Shown: one piece after another, positions 12,601 to 24,214 of the stretch
Numbering within the stretch: position 1 is the stretch's first letter
How the letters are laid out: the number at the start of each line of letters is the position of its first letter
Assembly (NCBI GenBank): GCA_950097015.1
Contig: CATNEN010000011.1
Location: forward strand, 3,782,001 to 3,846,000
DNA from: Macrostomum hystrix
Taxonomy: Eukaryota > Animalia > Platyhelminthes
Direction: 5' to 3'
Length of the DNA stretch: 64,000 nt
Translations under genes and position numbers: made by a program
The notes under the pieces: model-generated
The model's input: only the letters and a program-made list of their open reading frames with translations
Database searches by the model: none
Told to the model about the DNA's origin: nothing

Positions 12601-13500
12601 AACAAAATTCCTGGATCTGCCACTGACTGTATAGAGGAGTGGCTGAGAGACATGTTTCTAAAGAAGTAATCAAGAGGGGGCTGTTTGGACAAACTTTTCA
12701 CTTATTTTTTACTTAAAACGCCCTTAAACAAACTCTTCACTTTTCATTAATGCAGTACATAAATAAATGGTGACCTTCACTATAAAGTTAATACAGAGAC
12801 GTGAATTGCTTACTGCTTTGCTTTAAATTTCTGCCCCAAAAACAACGGGCAAAAAAAGCTAGTAGTTTTATAATTACACCTCTAATGAACTCTAATAACT
12901 TAACTAACGAGATCCAATTGAGGGCTGACGGACTTTGGTATTGTGCAAACTATAAATTCTTGCGTGAGCTCTAGTTCACACTTCTTTATCTTCGAGTGTG
13001 AAGCTACTGCCTGACCGCAGTGCGAGGAACTTCAGTACACTCTAGTGGCAGTACTGCAATACGTACGCTATTAACTTCTGTTTGGAAATTGAACCCGGTT
13101 TCAGATTGGTGGCGCATGGCGCATGTTGGTGGCGTAAGTTGGCTGATCTGATTGTTACTAGGGGCAGGTATTCCAAGTGTGTGTGATATTTTCACCGCAC
13201 ACTTAGTGTTTCACCTAGCTCACTCACCTGCTTAATCGCAGCATCGGGTGTGCCAATCAGCATCAACTTGGTGCCGACTTTAACGCCAAGATCTTTCAGC
13301 AAAGCCGCATCATCGGCCAGATTCTTGCCCTTCAGTCCCAGCAGCTTCATCCTGTCCGGCGCAACGCCTGTGGCCTCAAACAGCAGTGCTTTCAGCTGGG
13401 CCAGACTCGAGTCAAATTCGAGACTGGAGACTGGAATCTCTTTGCCAGAGTATTTCACGCAGAATGTAAGGTCAGCCACTGCCGCATCGGCCGTTGCCAT
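9675..13500 (-). CDS. UBLCP1: Ubiquitin-like domain-containing CTD phosphatase 1, 352 aa; exons 13500-13228, 10964-10701, 10196-9675
   Basis: N-terminal UBL (VKYSGKE...TGVAPDRMKLLGLK...KLMLIGT); HAD motif LVLDIDYTFFDH; WSATSMKWI; IMIDDIRRNFAMNPQSGLRI; both introns phase 0 GT-AG. Confidence 0.95.
10310..10680. repeat. 21-bp minisatellite in UBLCP1 intron 2
   Basis: ggaagatcaaatcccaatctg-like units. Confidence 0.9.
11399..12200 (+). mobile_element. Helitron remnant: a non-autonomous unit followed by a second 5' end fused to the helicase C-terminus
   Basis: A|TCTATATATATAAAAGTGAAA start with (TG)n; hairpin cccagtgcgcaggg then gcta at about 12004; 12030-12200 translates [32 protein letters not shown]...TKNMVYPQALR*. 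Confidence 0.8.
12030..12200 (+). pseudogene. Helitron RepHel PIF1-like helicase C-terminal fragment
   Basis: Characteristic KAQGQS.....L..[15 protein letters not shown] and TKN.VY motifs. Confidence 0.85.
12353..12625. mobile_element. hAT-type MITE with perfect 8-bp TSD (ACTGTATA)
   Basis: actgtata|cagaggcagattt...ggatctgccactg|actgtata; internal 21-bp repeats. Confidence 0.85.
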
Positions 13501-14270
13501 GGTTATTTGATTTTTTGATTTAGACGATAGATAAATATAGGAAGCTTCGAAATGCCAAATCAATTAAACGGGTTAAGCTGAAAAAAGTTAACTTATAGAT
13601 ATTAGAGATGTTAATTAACGAATTTAGAAGCATTAACAGTAGAAAGGCCACATGGGGGGTATTCAACGAATCCAACACTACGAAGCTACAGCTGCCTAGG
13701 TAAAGATAGCTTATCTCACCTAGGCGTTAAATACTGAGTGTAACATAATTTTCTACCTCTACGAGAAACGAGAAAGTTAGAGAATAAGCATTATCACGTG
13801 ACTGGATGTGCTCATGTTCAATCACGGGTGACATAGCAGAAAATTTATATCGAGGAGTGATTTTTTATTTAGTATACCGCAATACTTCATCTAAACAGAT
13901 TCCACCAAGAGTGCAACAACAATGATTTTCACGCCACATTTTTTTCTTGCAAGATAAGACACTTCCGAGCTGCAGCAGTGTTCAGTGGTACCACCTATTT
14001 CTAGCTGCCTCGAAATTAAGCGAATTAAACGGTGGTACCACTAAGCTCTAGACGGCATATAGGTAAACGCAATTTTGAATTGTGAACTGTGGCCATATTT
14101 TCAGATAACACACACACAGATACGGATAGGGTTGCTGTGGCACGCACGCCTGGACACTTATCCAAGTGAGTCTTCATAAATACAGACCAATGCGACTTCG
14201 GTTCTGACAAAAATACTGTTAAAGACAACTCAAATCGATTAGACACTCCAGATATAGACGCAGAACAGCT

Positions 14271-15498
14271 ATGAAGACTTGTGCAGTTCTCGCCATTCTA
14301 GCTCTTACTGCTAGCATTGTGGCCAGCGACCCAGTGATGGTGAAAGACTGCGGTAAGGACTTCTTTCATTAACAAATGACTATGATCAGTATTCTAACTT
14401 AAGCTTAAGTGTCTTGTAAATTCTTAAGCTCCATAGCGTCAATGAAGCACCAATGTATAGTTTAGGATCCATGATGCTTCCATGGCCATTGCAAGCACTA
14501 TACAGAATCCAAAACCATTCGAACCATGCAAGTTCTATGACCGTTTGAAGCGCACTGCACTATGCAGCATCCATAACCATTCCGAGCATCAGACAGCGTC
14601 CATAACCATTCCAAGCATCAGACAGCGTCCATAACCATTCCAAGCATCAGACAGCGTCCATAACCATTCCAAGCATCAGACAGCATCCATAACCATTCCG
14701 AGCATCAGACAGCGTCCATAACCATTCCAAGCATCAGACAGCATTTCAAGCGCCATGCAGAGTCCATAGCCATTCCAAGTACCATGCATTTTTAACGACT
14801 TTTTAAAGCACCATGCACTATCTAGGACTATTCAAACAACCGATTATCAATCAAATTTTATCTCCAACACAAAACAATATGCGTTACTCAGGCTCGGTAG
14901 CTGGCAAGATTGTCAGCGTGGACATCAATCCGTGTCCCAAGCTGCCCTGTGAATTCAAGCGCGGTACACAAGTGAGCGCCACAGTCACCTTTCAATCATC
15001 GGAGTCGTCCAATGCTGTCAAGTCGGTGGTTCACGGCATCATCGGTGGCATTCCGGTGCCATTTCCTCTGCCGGATTCCAACGCGTGCAATACAATGAGT
15101 CCGCAGTGCCCTCTGGCGTCTGGCAGTCAGTACGTGTACAAAACTCAACTAGACGTTCTACAGTCCTATCCACAGGTAAACATGACGCAACACCTTTGAC
15201 CTTTTGATGATATGACCAAAGTGACCAGTCCTGCTGACCGTTTGATGAGCCGTCAAAAGTGTCTTTCTGACCATTTAATGGGACCAAACAGCGTCCTTTC
15301 CGAGGTGTCCTTGGAATGCCCCTGAGTTAATGAGTGTCTCTGATTAATCCAAGTATCTTCATAGGAACCTTGTCACTCGATTCAAAACTAAGTAAAAACA
15401 AAAACAAATTTCAGATCGCTGTCGTTGTCCAATGGGAGTTGGTCGATCCAAACACCAAGGACTTGGTTTGCTTCGAATTTCCAGCTCGTGTTATGTAA
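14271..15498 (+). CDS. NPC2: NPC2-like (ML domain) sterol transporter, 149 aa; exons 14271-14352, 14892-15175, 15415-15498
   Basis: Signal peptide; VKDCGS...VDINPCPKLPCEFKRG; VHGIIGGIPVPFPLP..NAC; CPL; VVVQWEL...LVCFEFP; consistent exon phases. Confidence 0.92.
14571..14760. repeat. 29-bp minisatellite in NPC2 intron 1
   Basis: ccataaccattccaagcatcagacagcgt units. Confidence 0.9.
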
Positions 15499-16064
15499 AT
15501 CAATCATTTCGGTCGTATTGCTTTTTTAATGACAAATAACGTAGTTATAATTATTTTCACAATGCTACTAGTTCAAGGCATCCTACAAGAAGCAACTAAT
15601 TCAAAACACTAAATAAACTGCCAGATTACATTTAAAAGCAATTAGGAACTAAAAATATAACTTTTCAAAATTCAACACTATTTAAATCTATTTTTTATTC
15701 ATGCTTTTGCAATTTGAAGAAAAATTAGTAAGATTTTTAGGAAGCGAGCGAGACAGGCAATAGTTTGGAATTGCGAGTACCTGAAATTTAAAATCTAGAA
15801 AGGCAACTCCCGACAAACCACTTACTTTCCCGACCATTATAGGCTGACTGGCTGTCCCTATGCTTACACAGGGTGGGTACTCGGAGTTAGACAAATCAGA
15901 TGTACTTCTTTTGCAACTTGGAAAATATATAGTTAACTTCCGTTTCGTTTAAACGATTCTTAAAAATACTTTCTGTCAAATTTAATGTGTTTGCCTTACT
16001 TTAGCCAGTGTTTTAAGGGAGATCTGGTTAAAGGAAGGATGTAACTACAGTGTCCTACAGACTA

Positions 16065-16180
16065 TTCAATAGGATGTGACCAGTGTCCGACTAAACATTC
16101 AATGGGATGTGACCAGTGTCCTACTAAACATTCAATAGGATGTGACCAGTGTCCCACTAAACATTCAATGGGATGTGATA
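16065..16180. repeat. 33-bp tandem repeat (about 3.5 copies)
   Basis: ttcaataggatgtgaccagtgtcc.actaaaca. Confidence 0.8.
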
Positions 16181-16357
16181 AAAAACGAAAGAAAGATAAG
16201 ATGAACAAAGATTTTTCCTAGCAAATCACTACTTGAGCTGAATCTTCGTTTACTTAGCATGCAATTAAAATATTACAAATTTGTATATTTCTTGAAGGCT
16301 AGAAGCCGAACTTATTTTCGCAAATGCAGATTAAGGAACAAAGTTAGCGTGGCTAAA

Positions 16358-18903
16358 TTAAACTGGCACATTGACATATTTGCCATAGGCCTTGTTGTTA
16401 ATCTTCTGCAAAATATAGCCTAACTGTTGGCCGGGTCCGACTTCGTAAATGTGCGGATGCGGCGTCTCCGGACTGCGCCTAGTCAGGCTGGTGACAATCT
16501 GGTGCCATTTGACCGGACTGTGCACCTGCTTCACCAATAGCTTGGCTATGGTGTCCACCGTGCGAGGCGGTTTCACAATCACATTCGAATATACTGGAAT
16601 GCGTGGAACTCGCAATGTGCAACGGTTTAGAGCTCTGGCTAGTGTTTTAGAGGCCGGATACATTAGGCTGGTGTGAAATGCGCCGCTAACTTGCAAAGGT
16701 TTCACTGACGCAATGCCGTACTCAGAGTAATGCTGCTCAATGTACTGTAGAGCCTGGTGGATTGGTTGAGGAATAAATTCAAAACCATAGTGCAAGTGAG
16801 TAACAATGATTGGCGAGTCAAATGAAGCATTGTTATCTAGATGTGGTGAGACCCATCATGGTTTAAAGAATAAGATTAACGTTAGGTTTAGATTTATTTT
16901 GATTTGCTTACTTAGCCCATGATCATAGGATTAGGATTATACTACCGATTTCCTAGAATAGGTAAGATTTTCTAACATCCTATGCACTTTATGGAATCTT
17001 TTAGGTTTCCAAGAAGGTTTTGGACTTTGCATTAGCGTTTCGGATTTCCTAAAATCCTTCGGATTTCCTAAAATCCTTCGGATTTCCTAGAATCCATCGG
17101 ATTTCCTAGAATCCATCGGATTTCCTAGAATCCATCGGATTTCCTAGAATCCTTCGGATTTCCTAGAATCCTTCGGATTTCCTAGAATCCTTCGGATTTC
17201 CTAGAATCCTTCGGATTTCCTAGAATCCTTCGTATTTCCTAGAATCCTTCGGATTTCCTAGAATCCTTCGGATTTCCTAGAATCCATCGTATTACCTAGA
17301 ATCCTTCCTTCGGATTTCTTAGAATCCTTTAGATTTCCTAAAATCCTTCGGACTTCCTAGAACCCTTCGGATTTCCTAGACTTCTTCGGATTTCTTAGAA
17401 TCCTTCGGACTTCTTAGAATCCTTCGGACTTCCTAGAATCCTTCGGATTTCCTAGAATCATTCGGATTTCCTAGATCTAAAAAGATTCTTAGTTTCTATA
17501 ACTACGCACTGATTCTAGATATTGCTTCAGAAGCTCCAAAACTATATCTTACCTCTTTATGCCCGGCCACAACCACACACCTGGCAAACAGGTGGCTGGC
17601 AATCTCGCACACTGGTCGCACCATGCCACGCTGAGATCTGCAATGATCTTTGGCGGCTTTCATTGCTAAGCCAATGTTTGAGTCGCCGGTTAGAAAACAG
17701 GAGGCCATGCCGCCGGACACCTGATCGCTGGCTAGCTGCATGGCCTGCGCGCGGACCTGGACTAGGCGGAGACCTGTTCAGGTGAGAGATTTTTTATTTA
17801 GTTGCTATGCGGTGTTGTTGATAAACGACGTTGATAAACAAAGAGAGAAGAATGAAAACTCTGAAGAGGATAAAGTTAAGGAGCTCGTCGGGAAGCTCGT
17901 AGCTCAGTGGTTAGAGCTACGGACTTCTGATGGAGAGGTCGGGAGTTCGAATCACTTTTATTTCTTGGGAGTTTTTAGGGAATATGGTTCAATGAAATTA
18001 AATCATTTGTTTTAAGATTGTTAAACTTTGTTAAAAGTTTGTTTTAAGGAAAATGGGTTTTAGGGAATATGGATTTAGAGAATATAGTTTTAGGGAATAG
18101 GGGTTTTGTAGATAATAGGGTTTTAGGGAATACGGTTTTAGGGAATATAGTTTTAGGAAATAGGGTTTTAAAGAATATGGTTTTGGGGAATACGGTTTTA
18201 GGGAATAGGGTTTTAGGAAATAAAATTTTAGGGAATAGTGTGGCAGGAAACAGTTATAGTAAACTATGATCAGTAATTGGAGTTAAAAGGGCAGTTTTGC
18301 AGAGAATACAGTTGTAGGGAATGAGTGAGACGAGAGCGCCAGTTTCTCACCCTCTTCAAAAGTGAAAGTGCCAGCGAAAGCGTGAGCTGCAAACTCGCCG
18401 ACGCTGTAGCCGGCGGCACCGATGCACTTGGGCAGGGCGTTCGGATGTAAAGCCTCGAGGGCGAGTAGGGCGGCCATGGAGGTCACGTAGATGGCCGGTT
18501 GGCTGAACTGTGTGAGACCGAGCTTTCGCTCGGGGCCAGTTAGGCATAGTTTCAATAAATCGTATTTTAATATATCGTTGGCGTGCTCAAACACTTGCTT
18601 AGTGCCCGGATAATTGAGCAGTTTGGAGCCCATGCCAACAAACTGGCTAGACTGACCTGGGAACAGAATGTAAGTGGTGTCCTCTGGTGCGACACCCTCT
18701 GGCCCGCGATAAACAAATCGAGTGTGCGATTCAAAGGGTTCAATTTGATCTTCGACTGATTTTGACTTTTCTGAATCGGCTTCGTTGCTACTACTTTTAG
18801 AAGCGCTGTCGGTTGCTAGGCAACGGAAATGATTTGAGCATGGGTTAGCGTAATAACGCCTGTAGAGGGCGCTCAGGATGCAGCGACTGAAGGATGACGT
18901 CAT
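16358..18903 (-). CDS. MCAT: Mitochondrial malonyl-CoA:ACP transacylase, 389 aa; exons 18903-18351, 17773-17553, 16753-16358
   Basis: Mitochondrial-type leader; LFPGQSSQFVGMG; TQFSQPAIY; GYSVGEF catalytic Ser motif; VSGAFHTSLM; YEVGPG. Confidence 0.93.
17039..17475. repeat. 19-bp minisatellite in MCAT intron 2
   Basis: cggatttcctagaatcctt units. Confidence 0.9.
17895..17952 (+). mobile_element. tRNA-like SINE head fragment in MCAT intron 1
   Basis: gtagctcagtggttagagc...gggagttcgaatc (A and B boxes); no acceptor stem closure or CCA. Confidence 0.55.
18050..18240. repeat. 15-bp minisatellite in MCAT intron 1
   Basis: gggttttagggaata units. Confidence 0.85.
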
Positions 18904-18994
18904 GTTCTAAAAATAGCACTGGAATTAAATACGCGTGCAGTCATGGAATGGTTGTCAGGGTGCTTTTTTTAAATGTATTAACAATAATAACTGC

Positions 18995-19146
18995 GTACAG
19001 TTGTTCAGTCCATGGACTGGGGGTGCCACACTCAACCTAAATTACCCCAGCTAGTGTCTTACTAAACGATACAAATTATTACAGTAGAGTCGGGAATCGA
19101 ATTTCCGACCGACCATTGTGAGTCCAACGCTCTAACCACTAAGCTA
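18995..19146 (-). mobile_element. tRNA-derived SINE family B (internally deleted)
   Basis: Head tagcttagtggttagagcg...ttcgattcccgactc and tail cagtccatggactgaaca shared with the 36005 and 39675 copies. Confidence 0.7.
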
Positions 19147-19430
19147 AAAACACAGGATGGTCTTGATACAATAATTAAACTCGCTCGCTCGCTCACGAAA
19201 ACATAGCTCGACTATATCTTGGCCTAGATAAAAACAAGCAAAACAAAGAAAATTTTATTCAGCGTAAAGACAGATAAAATAAGATTATATTAAAATATAA
19301 TTTACCAATGAAACGAATTGACCTGATGCCTTCGAATAAGCTAGCATGTAGAGCAAAAGTACCAAACTTGGACTAATTGATTCTAAGAATGCATTACATC
19401 TGCCAATTTTTAAACAATTAACAACAAATC

Positions 19431-19748
19431 TCATTCCTTCCAAACGTGAGCACACTTTGCGCAACGATACTTAGTAGTCATAGGCTCATCGGCTGATCTG
19501 GTCTGCATCTGTACAAAATAGCACTGCATGTGCGAACACTCGGGACAGCGCTCCTCTGTAGTAGCCGCATTCTTCCAAGCATCTTCCCCGCCAAGAATGT
19601 CGTCAATCTCTTTCAATCTGGGATATTTAGTCTGCTCCATTGGGCACAGGACATTGTACACGTAGGGGCAGGATTCGCAAGCGTATCGATAGCAACGATC
19701 GCCTAGCTCCAACCGGAGCAGATTTGAGCAAGTTGGACAGAAGAGCAG
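19431..19748 (-). CDS. POLR3K: RNA polymerase III subunit RPC10/C11; coding region starts directly at a splice acceptor with no in-frame ATG
   Basis: cccgcag|LLFCPTCSNLL...CESCPY...CPECSH...QMQTRSADEPMTTKYRCAKCAHVWKE*; only the initiator Met of the MLLFCP consensus is missing. Confidence 0.92.
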   Translation of the reverse strand: MLFCPTCSNLLRLELGDRCYRYACESCPYVYNVLCPMEQTKYPRLKEIDDILGGEDAWKNAATTEERCPECSHMQCYFVQMQTRSADEPMTTKYRCAKCAHVWKE

Positions 19749-19904
19749 CTGCGGGTGATTGACAATGTGAACTGGGAGTATATTTGCTTTAGACTGAAGC
19801 TTCCTTTGTGTGCCTTCTAAATATTAACTGCACTGCCTAAACTTAAAACCATTATTAGGATAATAGGCCTTTACTACATGCTAACCCCTTATGACCCTTC
19901 ACCC

Positions 19905-21435
19905 TTAACCCTTCAAATTTTCCTACAACCCTCCATGTTCATTCAATCGACTTTTGCTACACCCCTCCAAGATCATTCAATGAGCTTATCCTACAACCCT
20001 CAATGATCATTCAATGAGCTTTTGCTACACCCCTCCAAGATCATTCAATGAGCTTATCCTACAACCCTCCATGATCATTCAATGAGCTTATCCTACAACC
20101 CTCAATGATCATTCAATGAGCTTATCCTACAACCCTCAATGATCATTCAATGAGCTTTTGCTACACCCCTCCAAGATCATTCAATGAGCTTATCCTACAA
20201 CCCTCCATGATCATTCAATGAGCTTTTGCTACAATCCTCCATGATCATTCAATGAGCTTTTGCTACAACCCTCCATGATCATTCAATGAGCTTTTGCTAA
20301 AACCCTCCATGATCATTCAATGAGCTTTTGCTACAACCCTCCATGATCATTCAATGAGCTTTTGCTAAAACCCTCCATGATCATTCAATGAGCTTTTGCT
20401 ACAACCCTCCATGATCATTCAATGAGCTTTTGCTAAAACCCTCCATGATCATTCAATGAGCTTTTGCTACAACCCTCCATGATCATTCAATGAGCCTTTG
20501 CTAAAACCCTCCATGATCATTCAATGAGCTTTTGCTACAACCCTCCATGATCATTCAATTTGAGCTTTTGCTACAACCCTCCATGATCATTCAATGAGCT
20601 TTTGCTACAATCCTCCATGATCATTCAATGAGCTTTTGCTAAAACCCTCCATGATCATTCAATGAGCTTTTGCTACAACCCTCCATGATCATTCAATGAG
20701 CTTTTGCTAAAACCCTCCATGATCATTCAATGAGCTTTTGCTACAACCCTCCATGATCATTCAATGAGCCTTTGCTAAAACCCTCCATGATCATTCAATG
20801 AGCTTTTGCTACAATCCTCCATGATCATTCAATGAGCTTTTCCTACAACCCTCCATGATCATTCAATAAGCTTTTGCTACAATCCTCCATGATCATTCAA
20901 TGAGCTTTTGCTACAATCCTCCATGATCATTCAATGAGCTTTTCCTACAACCCTCCATGATCATTCAATAAGCTTTTGCTACAATCCTCCATGATCATTC
21001 AATGAGCTTTTGCTACAACCCTCCATGATCATTCAATGAGCTTTTGCTACAATCCTCCATGATCATTCAATGAGTTTTTGCTACAATCCTCCATGATCAT
21101 TCAATGAGCTTTTGCTACAATCCTCCATGATCATTCAATGAGCTTATCCTACAACCCTCCATGATCATTCAATGAGCTTTTGCTACAACCCTCCATGATC
21201 ATTCAATGAGCTTTTGCTACAACCCTCCATGATCATTCAATGAGCTTTTGCTACAATCCTCCATGATCATTCAATGAGCTTTTGCTACAATCCTCCATGA
21301 TCATTCAATGAGCTTTTCCTACAACCCTCCATGATCATTCAATAAGCTTTTGCTACAATCCTCCATGATCATTCAATGAGCTTTTGCTACAACCCTCCAT
21401 GATCATTCTATCAACTTTTACTTCAACCCTCCATA
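19905..21435. repeat. About 1.5-kb array of a 34-bp unit between MED30 and POLR3K
   Basis: atgatcattcaatgagcttttgctacaaccctcc, roughly 40+ copies. Confidence 0.95.
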
Positions 21436-21812
21436 ATTTAGAAAACAGATAAACACGCACTGTTTAACTTAATAAAAACTAAATAAAATACAAGGTTCTG
21501 GAAATATGGTTTTAATACGCAACTGAAAGATAGTGAATAAATGTTTATTTTTACAAAAATGTATAACTTTTTGTGTATACCAAAACGTGCTAACTGTACA
21601 TATTAAGTAGTACAGACTACTACAAGTAGAACAAGCAGTGAGTTGATTTCTTAGAACTTGATTTATGAAAAATGTAGGACTATTTTGGCTATGAAAATGC
21701 AGTATTAGCTAGAAAATTTTATGACCAATATTTTTTTGCCTAGAGACACTATTAATTGTTTAGCAAACAATTACATAAATGACTTCTAAATTGTTCATTA
21801 AGTAGGCTCTGT

Positions 21813-22298
21813 TTAACTAGGATTAGGTAATTCGCTTAGCATTACCGACAGCTGATGAATTAATTGAGCATTTCCCGATGCCAATCGTTTAATAGTGCCA
21901 TTCAATTGATTAACGCGTTCAATCAATCGTTTAGCTTCCTCTGCTCTAGCCGTGGACTCAAGCGAAGCGCTAGCCTTGACTGTCTTCTTATTCGCTAAGC
22001 CATTGTTGTCGCCTTCATCGCCTTCTAACGGCAGCAGTTGTACGGGATCGGGTTGATTCAAATGACGACTAGCCGAGACCACGCTAGTGTAGACAGCTCT
22101 TAGCCTGCTTAGCTTCTCGTCTAGAGCTACAACTAGTTCAGTGGGCGGCACCTGCTGCTGCTGCTGCTGTACAGAACCTGCCCCGAGGCCACCCTGAGCC
22201 GGCCGATAATAAGCACAAATATCCGACACCGATTGAAGAACATCGAAAACTAGATCGCTACCCAGCTGACAAAGGCGAGCTGATTCAGTTAGGGACAT
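21813..22298 (-). CDS. MED30: Mediator subunit 30, intronless, 161 aa
   Basis: SARLCQLGSDLVFDV resembles TASLCRIGQETVQDI; LSRLRAVY resembles FRKLRLVY; DPVQLLP resembles VEQLIPY; C-terminal coiled coil (comparison from memory). Confidence 0.75.
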   Translation of the reverse strand: MSLTESARLCQLGSDLVFDVLQSVSDICAYYRPAQGGLGAGSVQQQQQQVPPTELVVALDEKLSRLRAVYTSVVSASRHLNQPDPVQLLPLEGDEGDNNGLANKKTVKASASLESTARAEEAKRLIERVNQLNGTIKRLASGNAQLIHQLSVMLSELPNPS

Positions 22299-22734
22299 GT
22301 TTGATAAGTTTTGCTTTGGTCAGTAGTATCTGAAACTATAATGTGGGCAAGGCAAAACTTATTTTGTACATTTTATCAACCAAGGTCTACTGTAAGTAGT
22401 ATAGAACAACCTAGTGAAGGTTGTAGTGTTTCTACTCTTGAATGGCATTAACTACATCAAAACGGGCGCTCTATGAAGACAGGAATATCAGCTGCTTACA
22501 CTAGACATTTCCTTCGAAGTCTTAGAAAGCCGCTAGTAGTTATTTGAAAAAAAACTATATGAAAAGCGTCAATGTGTACACAGACAAATGTTAATATATT
22601 TTTTCAATCTACATTTTTAATAATTTTAGCTAACAGACAATAATGATGCTAGATGTTGTAGGATGTACAATAATTTAATTGTTTGAAACTGTTTTCAACC
22701 GAATTGGCAGTAAATGACACAATGATCTGTTTAT

Positions 22735-23685
22735 TCATTGCATATTGGTCTTCGGCTTTGGTTTGCCAGGATTGATATCAATTGGTCCTAACAGGTCAGC
22801 GTGGTAACCGGTTCGTCTGGCTAATTTCAAGCGCTGCTCAATTTTCTGAGCCGGGTCCCAGCCAACTGACCGCAGTTTCAATTGGTGCAGACACTCCTGA
22901 AATTCGGCCTCCTTTTTCTTTTCGCGCAGATGTCGCTTGTCGCGCAGCATGGCGGCGCAGCGTTTGCGAAACTTCTTCAGCTGATGCCGCTTCATTCTGC
23001 GGCGTCGATTGACAATGTCAAGATGGCCGCGCGGCCAGATAATGCCTCGCGATGGGATGAAGATTGGCGATTGGCGAGTCTTTGTTGCAGCTGTGACAGA
23101 CGAACTGATTAGAGAATTCGGCCAACATATTGTGGTCAGGCTACGATTTGGTAACTGCAGACCATTTGGCTGGTGCTTTAAGAGGCCTAAAATATGATAA
23201 GTTGCATTTTAAGTTAACTACAAACATGCATAATAAAAGTGAACACTGCCTGACGATGAGAAAGCCAGGGCAAATGTACACATCTGTGCGAGGGACTACA
23301 AACCTCTATGATCATTCAAAAAACACTAGTTTCAAGAAATTCAAGTCACCATGATTCTTTAATAAAATTTATTACACTTTTCTCCAAAAAAACGTTGGAC
23401 TAAACACTGCACGAGTATATAGTAGTTCTACTTCTTTAAATGCATTGAAAAGAACTGTAAGGACTGCTTACCATTGTAAGAAGCAGAAAAATGACAACTC
23501 GACATTGATTTAGATGAAAACTGGCGCCTAATTTGAGAATTAATTGGAGTCTGCATCGACTGCTGATGGATCGATGCCAGATTTGATGTGTTAAGAACTA
23601 TCTGCCTATCAAATGAAGCCAGTGAAGTTGACCGTGTCAATGACATCCCAGCTAAGCGACTAGTCAGGCATGCTATGGACCACAT
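22735..23685 (-). CDS. AURKAIP1: Mitoribosomal protein mS38 / AURKAIP1-like, 221 aa; exons 23685-23472 and 23186-22735
   Basis: Ser/Arg-rich mitochondrial leader; phase-1 intron gtaagc...tttag; basic RRRRMKRHQLKKFRKR...KKKEAEF motif (DUF1713-like). Confidence 0.7.
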
Positions 23686-23989
23686 TTTTTGGCTGCACTG
23701 TCAAAATAAACCAGTTTGTGGCTGAAAATTAAAGTTTTTGCAGTTATTTCTAGACCCCATGACGATTTACATATTTGCCATTTAATAACTTTACTATTTA
23801 GAAGCTAGGACACAAAATACAGGTTTATCATGGGACAAATGCATTATTTTTGAATACCTTATGAATTCCTGTGATTTGCTAATGAATCCAGATCTCTCTG
23901 GCTTAAAGAAAGCACAGAACTTCTCATAGTACAAACTCAGATGAAATAAGCTATCAACTGTATTTTATATGCATACAATACTACCCATA

Positions 23990-24214
23990 CATGCGCAACC
24001 TCCCAAATCTTAGCCAGCTGTGCGACTTAGTTTTTGCTCTATTTACGACTTAGTTTGCTCTCATTTGCTCTCTTTTTCTCTCCCCTTTTTCCTTTTCTTC
24101 ACGCCTTCCTTTTTTGTCCCTTGGTCCCCCCTTAGATTTTTTTGCACTTGGTTGATTGGTTTTTGCGACTTACCTTGCTTGGCCCTCGTTTCACCCGGCT
24201 GGGTGTTGCGCATG
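23990..24214. mobile_element. Second copy of the CATGCGCAAC MITE, inverted relative to 243-506
   Basis: TA|catgcgcaacc...gttgcgcatg|TA. Confidence 0.75.

Noticed and set aside
17895-17952. Genuine tRNA gene
   Set aside because: A and B boxes are present but the cloverleaf does not close; similar heads belong to SINEs at several loci.
19905-21435. Regularly spaced repeats as a CRISPR array
   Set aside because: Units are contiguous with no unique spacers, there are no cas genes, and the context is eukaryotic.
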